DNA from: a virus
DNA length: 44,649 nucleotides
IMG/VR virus record: IMGVR_UViG_3300009135_000004
Location: 1 to 44,649 of that record
Direction: 5' to 3' (one strand)
Shown here: positions 12,911 through 21,799 of the stretch, one piece after another
Layout of the letters: every line of letters begins with the position of its first letter
Position numbering within the stretch: the first letter of the stretch is position 1
The notes under the pieces: model-generated
Told to the model about the DNA's origin: nothing
The model's database searches: none
What the model saw: only the letters and a program-made list of their open reading frames with translations
Position numbers and translations under genes: made by a program

Positions 12911-12978
12911 GATATTCCTTTGGTTAGGGGTAATATTCCCACGAGCTGTTCCTGCCGCAGGGCCGAAGCCCCTTTGGG

Positions 12979-13131
12979 TTAGTCTTCCAAGAAGCCCTTG
13001 ATGGCGTTGCGTGCGGACTTCTTTATCTTGCGATTAATGCCCTTGATGGGCTTGGGCATCTTGGCCCCGATGTTGATAAGAATCCAGACGCAGACAACAA
13101 ATGTGACGATGGAGAGAAGCGAGCCGAGCAT
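12979..13131 (-). CDS. Small membrane protein (50 aa)
   Basis: ATG 13131 after AAGGAAACTCCC. MLGSLLSIVTFVVCVWILINIG TM helix followed by a basic tail. Confidence 0.5.
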   Translation of the reverse strand: MLGSLLSIVTFVVCVWILINIGAKMPKPIKGINRKIKKSARNAIKGFLED

Positions 13132-13178
13132 GGGAGTTTCCTTGCGGTTTGGGGTGTGTCCGAGCTGTCTATAACAGC

Positions 13179-13218
13179 AAAAAAAGACAAGGCCGGGAAC
13201 CCGCGAAGGCTCCCGACC
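13179..13218 (-). terminator. Rho-independent terminator (minus strand)
   Basis: Minus strand: GGTCGGGAGCC-ttcgcg-GGTTCCCGGCC, an 11-bp stem whose G-U pairs form only in the minus-sense RNA, followed by TTGTCTTTTTTT. Confidence 0.7.
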
Positions 13219-13231
13219 CTGTCTAGGGGGA

Positions 13232-14080
13232 TTACAGTTCAACAGTGCTTGCGATGAAGTCTGCTACCCGTCCTGCCTTGGTCTCCAGCTGAGTGATGGT
13301 TTCGAGGCGAAGGTGTTTGCTGTGTTGCTTGCAGGCGTCCCGAACCTGACCGGGTAATGCCTGTGCTGCCACGGCTGCGTCTTCGACCTCTTGAAGGCCA
13401 ACCGCGTCGTCGTACTTCGTCTGAACGTGTTCGATGAGGTTGTCGATAAGTTCAGCGGCCTTTTCAGCGTCCATGACCTCGGTGAGGTACTCGTCGTTCT
13501 CGGAGTTGATGCGGTCAGTGACCTCTGCGACTGATTCGGTCCAGTCATCGGTGCAGAACTCGCGGAGTGCCTGAGCGGTCTGCGACTTAGTCGGCTCATC
13601 GCGTTGGCCGAGGTAGATGCTGACAACATCGAGTGCTCTGACAGTACCCATTGTCGAGGTAGTGACAGGGGTCTCTGTGCCAGTTTCCATGTTGAAGAGG
13701 CCAAAGGACTCAAGCCAAGCCACGAGGCCTTGACGGACGATCAGGTTGCCCTGCTTGGACTGCTGCGGGAAGAGGCGAGCGGCGGCTGACCACGGGTTGA
13801 CTGTGCCGAAGGCCTCTTTCAAGTTGCGAGCGACTTCCTCAAGCACGCCCATCTCGTGAAGCTTTGTGCAGGCGTCGATGAGCTTGTCGCCGAGAAGCGA
13901 AGTCTCTGGCCATTGGCGACGGCAAGCACCTCGTACTCGGGCCGAGCTAGCGGTCTTCTGTACGCGGAGAATCCTGACAGCCTCAGCGAGGATGTCATTG
14001 GCCACCTCTGCGTCGGTCGATGCCTTTGCAATGATGGCGTCTGCTGCGGTCTGGTCGATGAGGTTTGCGAAATCTGACAT
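13232..14080 (-). CDS. Hypothetical protein (282 aa)
   Basis: Long clean ATG ORF with acidic, helical composition. No motif recognised. Confidence 0.6.
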   Translation of the reverse strand: MSDFANLIDQTAADAIIAKASTDAEVANDILAEAVRILRVQKTASSARVRGACRRQWPETSLLGDKLIDACTKLHEMGVLEEVARNLKEAFGTVNPWSAAARLFPQQSKQGNLIVRQGLVAWLESFGLFNMETGTETPVTTSTMGTVRALDVVSIYLGQRDEPTKSQTAQALREFCTDDWTESVAEVTDRINSENDEYLTEVMDAEKAAELIDNLIEHVQTKYDDAVGLQEVEDAAVAAQALPGQVRDACKQHSKHLRLETITQLETKAGRVADFIASTVEL

Positions 14081-14178
14081 GGTGTGTTCCTTTCGAGAAC
14101 GTGTTGTGGTGTGCTACCGTTCACCTCGAACGATAGAAAACGAGCAAGGGTTGTTACGCCCTTACCCGCTGAGGTGTC

Positions 14179-14448
14179 TTAGTCGTTTGAGGTTGGCTCC
14201 CAGTTGGCCTGCTCAATCAATGACCATTTGTACCGCAAGTGGGCCGCCTGCTCTCTGTAGTAGCCTTTAAGCGTGTCTACATGTTGCAGGAGAAAGGCGT
14301 AGTTGCCTTTGTGGGCCTCCTTTTCAAGCGGTTGGATGTGCTCTTCCCAGATAGGGTACAAGTCATCCTCGGTGGCCGTGTCTTGCATAAGGTAGAATAC
14401 CTTTTCGAGGTGTTGCTCTCGTTGTTCGTGGGTGGTTGGGATGTCCAT
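14179..14448 (-). CDS. Hypothetical protein (89 aa)
   Basis: ATG 14448 after GAAAGGCATCAC. Translation begins MDIPTTHEQREQHLEKVFYLMQ... Confidence 0.5.
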   Translation of the reverse strand: MDIPTTHEQREQHLEKVFYLMQDTATEDDLYPIWEEHIQPLEKEAHKGNYAFLLQHVDTLKGYYREQAAHLRYKWSLIEQANWEPTSND

Positions 14449-14494
14449 GTGATGCCTTTCTGTCTTGCGGCGTTGCTGCTCCACATCGGAGCAA

Positions 14495-14534
14495 TTACAA
14501 AAACAAAGCAGCAAGCGATCAATGGGTTGATCGC
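14495..14534 (-). terminator. Candidate intrinsic terminator ending the ORF-poor transcript
   Basis: Minus strand: GCGATCAA-ccca-TTGATCGC (perfect 8-bp stem) followed by TTGCTGCTTTGTTTTTG. Confidence 0.45.
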
Positions 14535-15200
14535 AAATCTGTGCTCGGGGCTAAGAGGCGACATGTGTCAGGCTTCTCGACATAGGGTCCACAGGCCGGG
14601 CTTGCCCCGTGCCGAGTGGACAATGGCGAGAAGGCTGGAGGTTAGGAGCAGCTATTTTCATGCACTTCAGTTGGGATGTGCGTTTTGCGATCCGAAACAG
14701 TGAGTGCGAAATTGTGGTTTACCCCAGCCAGTAAGATTGCTGAGGCGAGGAGTGTGTCAAGAATCCGTTTAGTAGCCGACTTTGAGAGGGTGTTCTTTGG
14801 AGTTGGGCTGTGGCCGAAGCCTGAGCACTGGCTGTTTCGCCCATTGATTGCTTGCTAGACTGGATGAAAGCCGTTAGGCCCGTAGCGGGCGAGCACGACG
14901 CAGCCGAGTCAAGCTTTAGGTCGTAACCAAGAGCCTGTGTCAGGCTGTGATTGAGTGCTCGTTTGCGGGTCAATACCTTGTGAGTGCGATCCAGAGCACC
15001 TGTTCAGGGATGAGCCGAGGGGTAGAGTGCTTCGCAGGGAAATTGCCGGGTACGTGGTAGTGACAGAGAAGCATTCAGCACTGATATTTCTAGCGATGCC
15101 TGTGTTGGCCTTGCCAGCAATACAGAGAGCTGCTTATAGAACAGAGTGGATGACTTCAGTGATGTGGCGGTGTGTCACTGGCCCGGCAAATCGAGGAAGG

Positions 15201-15383
15201 TCAAGAGAGCAAGTACTTGAGAGCACCAAGGGCAATGCAGACCCAGCCAGCGATGCCTGCGAGCATGATGAAGGTGACCACGGCAGCGTAAAAGACGAGG
15301 ATTATGTTGGTAATGAGGCTTGGTCGAGCCTTCTTGGGCTGCTTAATGTGGGCCTTGGGGGTAATGTCATAGGGCTTATTCAT
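15201..15383 (-). CDS. Small membrane protein (60 aa)
   Basis: ATG 15383. Translation MNKPYDITPKAHIKQPKKARPSLITNIILVFYAAVVTFIMLAGIAGWVCIALGALKYLLS shows two hydrophobic helices. Confidence 0.5.
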   Translation of the reverse strand: MNKPYDITPKAHIKQPKKARPSLITNIILVFYAAVVTFIMLAGIAGWVCIALGALKYLLS

Positions 15384-16156
15384 AGCAGTGCCTTGGGGTG
15401 AGTGGGTGTGGTGGTGTGGGTGTGATACTGTACACACAAGCACAGTGGTGAGCAGGTGTTATGTGTGGTGAGGCGAGGACCAGCAGGGTAGAACACTGTC
15501 GGGTGGGGGTGAGATGGACGCTGATGACATGGGATATGGGGTATGGGATGAACGTTCCACCATCCATGTGTGTGTCCACCATAATCAACGCGACCCACTG
15601 TGATTGAAGTGGAAGGGGGGTGGGGTCCCCCAATCCGGTTGGGATGACCCTATTATGTTCCCATCTTATAGCCGCCCCCCAAACCCCCGCCCTAGTCACT
15701 TCGGGGTAGCCCGTCATTGTGGAAGACTATTGAAGATTGCGCAAGAAAGGCTGGGGGTATGGTCCTCGTAAGCCCCGGTCAGGTCGTTGGTTGAGTGGTT
15801 ATTTGGGGAGAAAAGAGGGGTACTTTTTCTGACCGAATGGTCTCGTGGATAAACTCGGGATACACCGATCCCTTAGCGGGAGGGGTGTTTACACCGCCCT
15901 GAGTGTTTGGTTCCGGCATCTCAGGGTCTCGCCCTGCCGGTTCTCGCAACGTTATCCGTGGTGTCCCCGGCTAAGTGTATCGGTAAGCCAAGCCGGGTAC
16001 GAGAAAAACTTCGGCCAACCGTCTTCACGCTGTCATCCTTGTGGTGGGGGAGAGGGAGCTAACGGAAGGTATCCATTTAGTTGAGTCCGAGCGATCTCTG
16101 CTCTGCCGGTGTCGAAGGCGGTCCTTGTCTCTGGGGGACTGCCAGCCTAATGAATG

Positions 16157-16336
16157 TCAGGGCTTCTTCTTGCCCATGAGCCTGTCGAGGGTTTCCCAGT
16201 CTCCGGTCTGTTCAGCCTTGCGGATAGCCGCCCACTTGCTCCTTTTGGGCAGGTGGTTGAGTCCGGTGCGGTTGCCTTTTTCCCAAGACTTCCTGCTGAA
16301 CATTTGAGTTGGGTGACCTGACTTACTCACGGCCAT
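16157..16336 (-). CDS. Hypothetical small basic protein (59 aa)
   Basis: ATG 16336. MAVSKSGHPTQMFSRKSWEKGNRTG...DWETLDRLMGKKKP has balanced composition. Start uncertain. Confidence 0.4.
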   Translation of the reverse strand: MAVSKSGHPTQMFSRKSWEKGNRTGLNHLPKRSKWAAIRKAEQTGDWETLDRLMGKKKP

Positions 16337-16355
16337 AATAATACCAGAATGGGGC

Positions 16356-16383
16356 TTGCACTTCAAGTCTCCTCTGGTATATT
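16356..16383 (+). promoter_or_regulatory. Candidate sigma70-type promoter for the plus-strand block (extended -10), possibly giving a leaderless mRNA
   Basis: TTGCAC - 16 nt - TGgTATATT. The -10 ends 6 nt before the ATG at 16390. Confidence 0.4.
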
Positions 16384-16389
16384 GGTGAG

Positions 16390-16674
16390 ATGCTCCCATC
16401 AGACATCATTGACCACTGTGCCGACAAGGGTAAGGCGATCTCGCTTATGTCCTTGGAGGGTAGCCCGAACCTGTTCACCGCCGACAATGCCCGGTTTGTC
16501 CACCGCTTCGAGTATCGAGGCGTTGACTGCTTCGTGCTTGTCCCCTACAAGGGGGAGGGGCTCAAGCGGTTCTGGGCCAAGCTGCTGCGGTACGTCCGCA
16601 AAGAGAAGCATAATGAGGATGATATGTGGGAGAATGGCATCGAGGAGAGCGTGTGGGAAAGGCGGGCGGCATGA
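16390..16674 (+). CDS. Hypothetical protein (94 aa)
   Basis: First plus-strand ORF after the divergent switch. Globular composition. Confidence 0.5.
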   Translation: MLPSDIIDHCADKGKAISLMSLEGSPNLFTADNARFVHRFEYRGVDCFVLVPYKGEGLKRFWAKLLRYVRKEKHNEDDMWENGIEESVWERRAA

Positions 16675-16907
16675 TTTACAGTATCGAGATATATCAGGCT
16701 CCACAGGAACTTGCATGGCGGCTGTCTGCGGACACGCTCAAGAAGGCCAAGCACCTCGGCGAGTTCCGTGGCAAGGGCTTTTTCAAGACTGAGATCGTCA
16801 AGGCCCGTCAGGTGAAGCCCGGCGAGACGATCCGCTGGCGACTCTACCGGCAGTCCAAGGAGTGGAGGCCCGTCACGGAGTCCCAAGTTCCGGCTACACT
16901 GTGGTAA
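16671..16907 (+). CDS. Hypothetical protein (78 aa)
   Basis: ATG 16671 overlaps the upstream stop (ATGA). Translation begins MIYSIEIYQAPQELAWRL... Confidence 0.5.
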   Translation: MIYSIEIYQAPQELAWRLSADTLKKAKHLGEFRGKGFFKTEIVKARQVKPGETIRWRLYRQSKEWRPVTESQVPATLW

Positions 16908-16951
16908 CACGCCGGAAGCAGCCCCCCTATTTCTTTTGCGCAAGGAAGATT

Positions 16952-17323
16952 ATGCTTGTTGAACTGGACCGAATATGCGACCTGATCGAATGGCGGATCG
17001 AGCCCAATAGGATTGTGGGCCGTCTCCGCATGAGAGATGTGAACACGGAGAGATCAGTCACGATGCGACTGGCCGGTTATTCTGTGCACGACCGCCTGCG
17101 TCGGCGGACTGAGGCTCAAGTTTCTATTGCTATCGAGATTGTTAAGGATGTTTACCATGGCCGATTGTTTGATACCAAACAGCTTGTCGATAATTCAGCT
17201 GTTCATGATGAGCCGGAGCCGGTCAGAGGATCAGGCGACAAGCCTGCTCCAGAAGCTCCACGAAGAGCACAACCCAAGAAAAAGAAGCGAAGTCGTCGGA
17301 ATGCTGGTGGATCAGCTGATTGA
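16952..17323 (+). CDS. Hypothetical protein (123 aa) with a strongly basic C-terminal tail, directly upstream of terL
   Basis: ATG 16952 after AAGGAAG. C-terminus ...RRAQPKKKKRSRRNAGGSAD. Its position is that of a small terminase or DNA-binding partner. Confidence 0.5.
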   Translation: MLVELDRICDLIEWRIEPNRIVGRLRMRDVNTERSVTMRLAGYSVHDRLRRRTEAQVSIAIEIVKDVYHGRLFDTKQLVDNSAVHDEPEPVRGSGDKPAPEAPRRAQPKKKKRSRRNAGGSAD

Positions 17324-18837
17324 GGACTTGTGCTGGACTGAGCGGAGGGGCGACCAAGACCTTGAGCCACGACCACAATATACCGCCTGAAGACCTCCAG
17401 AAGTTTGCCGATCTCCTCGGCAAGGCGAAAGAGATGGCTTCCAAGAAGAAGCTCTCTTGGGAGATGTCTAAGCCTTTCAACTACGATCTGCCTCCCGGTC
17501 CCGGCAACGTCGGGCCTTACGAGTGGCAGATTGACTTCCACAATGCCGGTGCTCACTACGTTGAACGCTGCCTCATGGCGGCGAACCAAGTGGGCAAGAC
17601 CCGTACTGGCGGGGCTGAGACTGCGATTCATGCGACGGGTCGGTATCCTGACTGGTGGCAGGGCAAGCGGTATAACCGGCCTGTTGAGTGGTGGGTCGGG
17701 TCCGAGACGAACCAGTCCAGTCGAGACATTGTCCAAAAGGAGCTCATTGGAGATTCCGATAGCCCCGGCTGGATTCCCAAGGACAGGATCATCAAGATCA
17801 ACTACCGCCAGTGCGGTATCCCCAGTGTCGCCGAGTCGGTGCTGGTGCGGCATAAGTCCGGTGGCGTGTCCAAGATCGGCTTCATGACCTACGAGCAGGG
17901 CCGGAGGAAGTGGCAGGGTGTCCGAATGGATGGCCTGTGGATGGACGAAGAGCCGCCGAACGATGTGTTCAGCGAAGCCTTGATCCGCTTGGTGGCCAAG
18001 CAGGGCATCATGTACCTGACGTTCACGCCTTTGGAGGGGATCAAGGATACCGTCCGCCACTTCATGGACGGCGGTCAGGGTATCAAGGTGTTCTCGGCAA
18101 CGTGGGATGATGCTCCCCACTTGAATGCGGAGCGTAAAGAGCAGCTCTACAACTCGATTCCGGCCCACGAGCGCAAGACACGGACTCAGGGCGTGCCGAT
18201 GGTCGGCACTGGCCTTGTCTATCCCATTAACGAAGAAGAGATCAAGTGTGATGCCTTCCAAATCCCCTCGCACTACGCTCGTATATGCGGGATCGACTTC
18301 GGTTTCGACCACCCCTTCGCCTCCGTCTGGATCGCTTGGGACCGGGATCAGGACATCATCTATGTCTACGACTGCTACGACCAGATCGGGGAAACCCCGG
18401 CGTACCATGTTGAAGCCATCAAGAAGCGGGGCGACACGATCCCGGTTTCGTGGCCGCATGATGGACAGCAACGAGAAAAGTCTTCAGGCGTTCATCTCGC
18501 GGAACAGTTCCGAGTGCAGCACCGACTTGAATCGATGCTTGGATTTTCTGCCCGATATGACAACGAGAAGGGGGGTGGCCAAGATACTGAGCCGATTGTT
18601 ATGGAAATCAACGAGAGAATGCGAACTGGACGTTTCAAGGTCTTCCGTCACCTTGACCGATTTTTTAGAGAGCTTCGCATGTACCATCGAAAAGACGGGC
18701 AGATCGTGAAGAAGAATGACGACATCATGGCTGCGATGCACTATGCCGTGATGATGAAAAGATTTGCGGAGCCCTTGACAAAGGCCGCTCCTATGCCCGA
18801 TAGTGTGTCTGACTACAATCCTCTGGAGATGTTCTGA
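17320..18837 (+). CDS. terL: Terminase large subunit
   Basis: Walker A-like AANQVGKTRTGG. YPDWWQG and GLWMDEEP (Walker B-like) ATPase motifs, then a nuclease-half pattern (GIDFGFDHP...). Start is TTG 17320 (TTGA-coupled) or ATG 17434. Confidence 0.85.
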   Translation: MRTCAGLSGGATKTLSHDHNIPPEDLQKFADLLGKAKEMASKKKLSWEMSKPFNYDLPPGPGNVGPYEWQIDFHNAGAHYVERCLMAANQVGKTRTGGAETAIHATGRYPDWWQGKRYNRPVEWWVGSETNQSSRDIVQKELIGDSDSPGWIPKDRIIKINYRQCGIPSVAESVLVRHKSGGVSKIGFMTYEQGRRKWQGVRMDGLWMDEEPPNDVFSEALIRLVAKQGIMYLTFTPLEGIKDTVRHFMDGGQGIKVFSATWDDAPHLNAERKEQLYNSIPAHERKTRTQGVPMVGTGLVYPINEEEIKCDAFQIPSHYARICGIDFGFDHPFASVWIAWDRDQDIIYVYDCYDQIGETPAYHVEAIKKRGDTIPVSWPHDGQQREKSSGVHLAEQFRVQHRLESMLGFSARYDNEKGGGQDTEPIVMEINERMRTGRFKVFRHLDRFFRELRMYHRKDGQIVKKNDDIMAAMHYAVMMKRFAEPLTKAAPMPDSVSDYNPLEMF

Positions 18838-19025
18838 TGTCTGGTCTTTTCTCAAGCCCCAAGGTAGCTGCACCCCCTAAGACGCCCGGCCCCGATGCCG
18901 CAGAGATCGCTTCGGCGAGGGCAAATCAGCGACGACAGGCGGCAAACCGTCAGGGTCGTGAAGACTCCCTTCTTGGTGGTAGTGCGACCGGGCAAATCTC
19001 CGGTAAAAAGCTTCTGGGCCAATAA
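18837..19025 (+). CDS. Hypothetical small protein (62 aa) between terL and portal
   Basis: TGATG-coupled on both sides. Pro/Ala-rich N-terminus and basic middle. Confidence 0.5.
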   Translation: MSGLFSSPKVAAPPKTPGPDAAEIASARANQRRQAANRQGREDSLLGGSATGQISGKKLLGQ

Positions 19026-20626
19026 TGTCTGATGGCAAGCGATATGTTGAGCGGTTCTCCCGGATGAAGTCCGAAAGGGCCAACTGGGAGCAGCACTGGC
19101 AGGATATTGCCGAGTTCGTGCTTCCTAACCGCGATTTCACCAAGGCGTTCACGCCGGGTTCGGAGCGTCGTAGCCGCATTTTCAATAACACGCCGGGTGA
19201 AAGCCTTGAGAGGCTTGTCGGCGGGATCAACTCGCTTTTGACCAACCAAGCCCAGAAGTGGTTTGACTTCGGGGTTCATCTGTATCAGCCCAACAATGAG
19301 GATGATCGGTGGTTGAGTCGCGCAAGGGATGTGGTGTTGGATTTGCTCGGCGACCCGAGCTTGAATCTGTACGCCACCTTGGACGAGTGCTATGAGAGCC
19401 TTGCCGGATTCGGGACAGGGGTTGTCTTCGCGGACACCGAGAACGGGCTTCGCTTCCGTTCCGTACCGCTTTCCGGAGCGTTTATCGACGAAGACCACAT
19501 GGGCGTCGTTGACACCGTCTACCGAAAGTTTGAATATACGCTGCGACAGGCCATTGCCGCCTTCGGCGTGGAGAATCTTCCTCCGGAAATCCAAGACAAG
19601 ATCAGGCTGAATCAGGATTCGGCTAAGTTCATGTCTGAAAAGCACAACTTCATTCACTGTGTCGGTCCCCGCGAGGACTACGACATGGAGAGCTTGTTTG
19701 CCACGAAGATGCCTTGGTACTCGGTGGTTGTCCACCTTGACAAGAAGCATATCGTCAAGGAGGGCGGCTTCAAGCGGAATCCGTACATGACTCCGCGATG
19801 GCGTCGTGGCTCAGGAGAGAAGTATGGCCGGTCACCCGGCATGGTCTTGCTTCAGGACATCCGGTACTGCAATGCGTTGAGTAAAGCGTCATTGAGTGCT
19901 GCGATGAAGGAAGCGGACCCACCCGTTCAAATGCCCGATAGCGGATTTCTCAAGCCAGCCAAACTGGGGCCGGGCGGTCTGAATGTATATCGCAGCTCGT
20001 CGATGGGACGTATTGAGCCCATACCGACTGGGGCTCGTTCAGACCGGGCTTACGCTTTGATTCAGGAAATTGAGAATCGCATCCGTGCGGGCTTTTACAA
20101 TGACATGTTCCAGATGCCGATGAATGATCGCATGACTGCGACTGAAATCGTTCAGCGGCAACAGGAGCAGCGAGGGCTCTTTGCACCGACGCTAAACCGT
20201 CTCTACAGCGAGCTACTTGATCCCTTGATCTTCGAGGCCTTTGACCTTGCGGTCAGCAACGGGCTATTGCCTGAAGCCCCTGATGGGATTCGCGGTTCAG
20301 GTTTGAAGATTCACTACACGAGCCCACTGGCCCGTGCTCAACGAGCATCTGAGCTTCAGTCGTTCATGGAGTGGTTTGCTCCCGTGGGTGCGGTTGCCGA
20401 GGCTGACCCAACGGTTCTGGACAATATCCACCCGGATCGCTTGGCTCGCCGCTTGGCGAAATCGGTGTCGTTGCCAGAAGAGCTGACACGCACTGACGAG
20501 GAACTTGGTATGCTTCGCCAAGAGCGAGGGCAGCAGCAGGCTCAACAGCAAGAGATGATGGCTGCTCAGACGGCTGCATCCGCCGCGAAGGACGGTGCTC
20601 AGGCGATCAGTGCAATGAGAGGTTGA
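19025..20626 (+). CDS. Portal (head-tail connector) protein, podovirus/T7 gp8-like
   Basis: N-terminus ...RFSRMKSERANWEQHWQDIAEFVLPNRD is typical of the podovirus head-to-tail connector family. Size 533 aa. Follows terL. Confidence 0.8.
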   Translation: MSDGKRYVERFSRMKSERANWEQHWQDIAEFVLPNRDFTKAFTPGSERRSRIFNNTPGESLERLVGGINSLLTNQAQKWFDFGVHLYQPNNEDDRWLSRARDVVLDLLGDPSLNLYATLDECYESLAGFGTGVVFADTENGLRFRSVPLSGAFIDEDHMGVVDTVYRKFEYTLRQAIAAFGVENLPPEIQDKIRLNQDSAKFMSEKHNFIHCVGPREDYDMESLFATKMPWYSVVVHLDKKHIVKEGGFKRNPYMTPRWRRGSGEKYGRSPGMVLLQDIRYCNALSKASLSAAMKEADPPVQMPDSGFLKPAKLGPGGLNVYRSSSMGRIEPIPTGARSDRAYALIQEIENRIRAGFYNDMFQMPMNDRMTATEIVQRQQEQRGLFAPTLNRLYSELLDPLIFEAFDLAVSNGLLPEAPDGIRGSGLKIHYTSPLARAQRASELQSFMEWFAPVGAVAEADPTVLDNIHPDRLARRLAKSVSLPEELTRTDEELGMLRQERGQQQAQQQEMMAAQTAASAAKDGAQAISAMRG

Positions 20627-20627
20627 C

Positions 20628-20939
20628 ATGGCTGAGGAAGACATCAATGAGGCGATTCACGCCTGTCTAGGTACGAGCAAGAAGGGCCAGATGGTTCTTC
20701 AGTGGCTCGCTGCCTATGCAAACGATCAATATCCACTCACGGTTTCAGGGGCAAATGGCACGGACCCTGTCTACGCTGCTTTCCGCGATGGCGGGGCAGC
20801 GATGGCTCGTGAGATTCTAGAACGTGCCGGGTATCGGATAACTTACGAAAGGAAGCCCGATGAGCGACGAGACGACGACGGAAACGACAGAGGCGACAAC
20901 GGAAACGACGGAGACCTCTTGGCTGAGTTCACTACCTGA
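20628..20939 (+). CDS. Hypothetical protein (103 aa) between portal and scaffold
   Basis: Clean ATG ORF. The 3' 80 nt overlap the scaffold gene out of frame. Confidence 0.5.
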   Translation: MAEEDINEAIHACLGTSKKGQMVLQWLAAYANDQYPLTVSGANGTDPVYAAFRDGGAAMAREILERAGYRITYERKPDERRDDDGNDRGDNGNDGDLLAEFTT

Positions 20940-21684
20940 CGAGCTTCAGACCAGCAAAAGCTTGGAGAAGTTCAAGGGGGTTGATGGCCTTGCCAAGAGC
21001 TATCTTGAGCTGGAGAAGTCCAATTCTTCCAAGGTCGGTGTTCCCGACAAGGAGGACAGCGAGGGCTGGGACCAGTTGTATGGCAAGCTTGGTCGGCCAG
21101 AGAAGGCGGAGGACTACACCTTTGAGGGGATCACTAATGAGTCCATGTTGGCTGATGATGCTAACAAGGTCACGATTGATCGTTTCAAGGAGATCGGTCA
21201 CCAGTACGGCTTGAATAACCGGCAGGTTGCGGGCATCGTTGATGATGTCCTTGGCATGACGATTGAGCAGCAAAAGGTGGCTGGTGAGGCGACAGCGGCG
21301 AATGTCTCCGAGCTGAAGCAGGAGTTCGGTCCTCAATTTGACGACCGCGTTGGCCTTGCGAACGACACGCTCAAACAGATCGTGGAGAAGGGCGGTGGTG
21401 ACTTTGATCGCTTGGGGCAGGCTCTCGCTGCTTCGGGTCTGGATAGCCAGCCCGACTTGGTCAAGGCACTTGCCGGTCTGGGCCGCATGATGCAGCAGGA
21501 CAAGATTTATGGTGCTGGCGGCGAGCCTCGTTCGATGACGGGCATGACTCCGCCTGAGATCAAGGCCAAGATCGACCAGATCACGGTTGACAACCTTGAC
21601 GACCTGAAGATGGGTACGCCCACTGGCCAGCAAAAGCAGGCAGAAATCAACAAGCTGATTGAAATGCTTGGTCAGGCCGTGTAA
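20860..21684 (+). CDS. Scaffolding protein
   Basis: Lies between the portal and capsid genes. Acidic T/E-rich N-terminus, then WLSSLPDELQTSKSLEKFKGVDGLAKSYLELEK, a motif common in phage scaffolds. Helical. AAAGGAAG SD. Confidence 0.65.
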   Translation: MSDETTTETTEATTETTETSWLSSLPDELQTSKSLEKFKGVDGLAKSYLELEKSNSSKVGVPDKEDSEGWDQLYGKLGRPEKAEDYTFEGITNESMLADDANKVTIDRFKEIGHQYGLNNRQVAGIVDDVLGMTIEQQKVAGEATAANVSELKQEFGPQFDDRVGLANDTLKQIVEKGGGDFDRLGQALAASGLDSQPDLVKALAGLGRMMQQDKIYGAGGEPRSMTGMTPPEIKAKIDQITVDNLDDLKMGTPTGQQKQAEINKLIEMLGQAV

Positions 21685-21748
21685 GATATTGACGGGTGTG
21701 ATGGCCCTGCTCTCGCTATGGTGATACGGCGATTGAGCAAAGAGACAG

Positions 21749-21787
21749 CGACCGGACTTGCTTTAGGGCGAGTCCGGTCGTTTTTTT
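21749..21787 (+). terminator. Rho-independent terminator after the scaffold gene
   Basis: CGACCGGACT-12 nt loop-AGTCCGGTCG (10-bp stem) followed by TTTTTTT. Confidence 0.75.
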
Positions 21788-21799
21788 ATTCTAAATCAG

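Noticed and set aside
14955-15401. 148-aa plus-strand ORF in the ORF-poor region
   Set aside because: It is antisense to the 60-aa membrane-protein gene at its 3' end. It has no SD, heterogeneous composition, and lies on the strand opposite to local transcription signals.
15395-15475. GT-rich tract as a CRISPR array or microsatellite
   Set aside because: There is no regular repeat-spacer periodicity and no exact unit repeated more than about twice. It is low-complexity sequence only.
17203-18471. 422-aa minus-strand ORF spanning most of terL
   Set aside because: It is antisense to a gene with clear terminase motifs. Its translation is R/G/L/V/P-rich and low in information, as expected for a shadow ORF in GC-rich DNA. 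It has no SD or coupling context.
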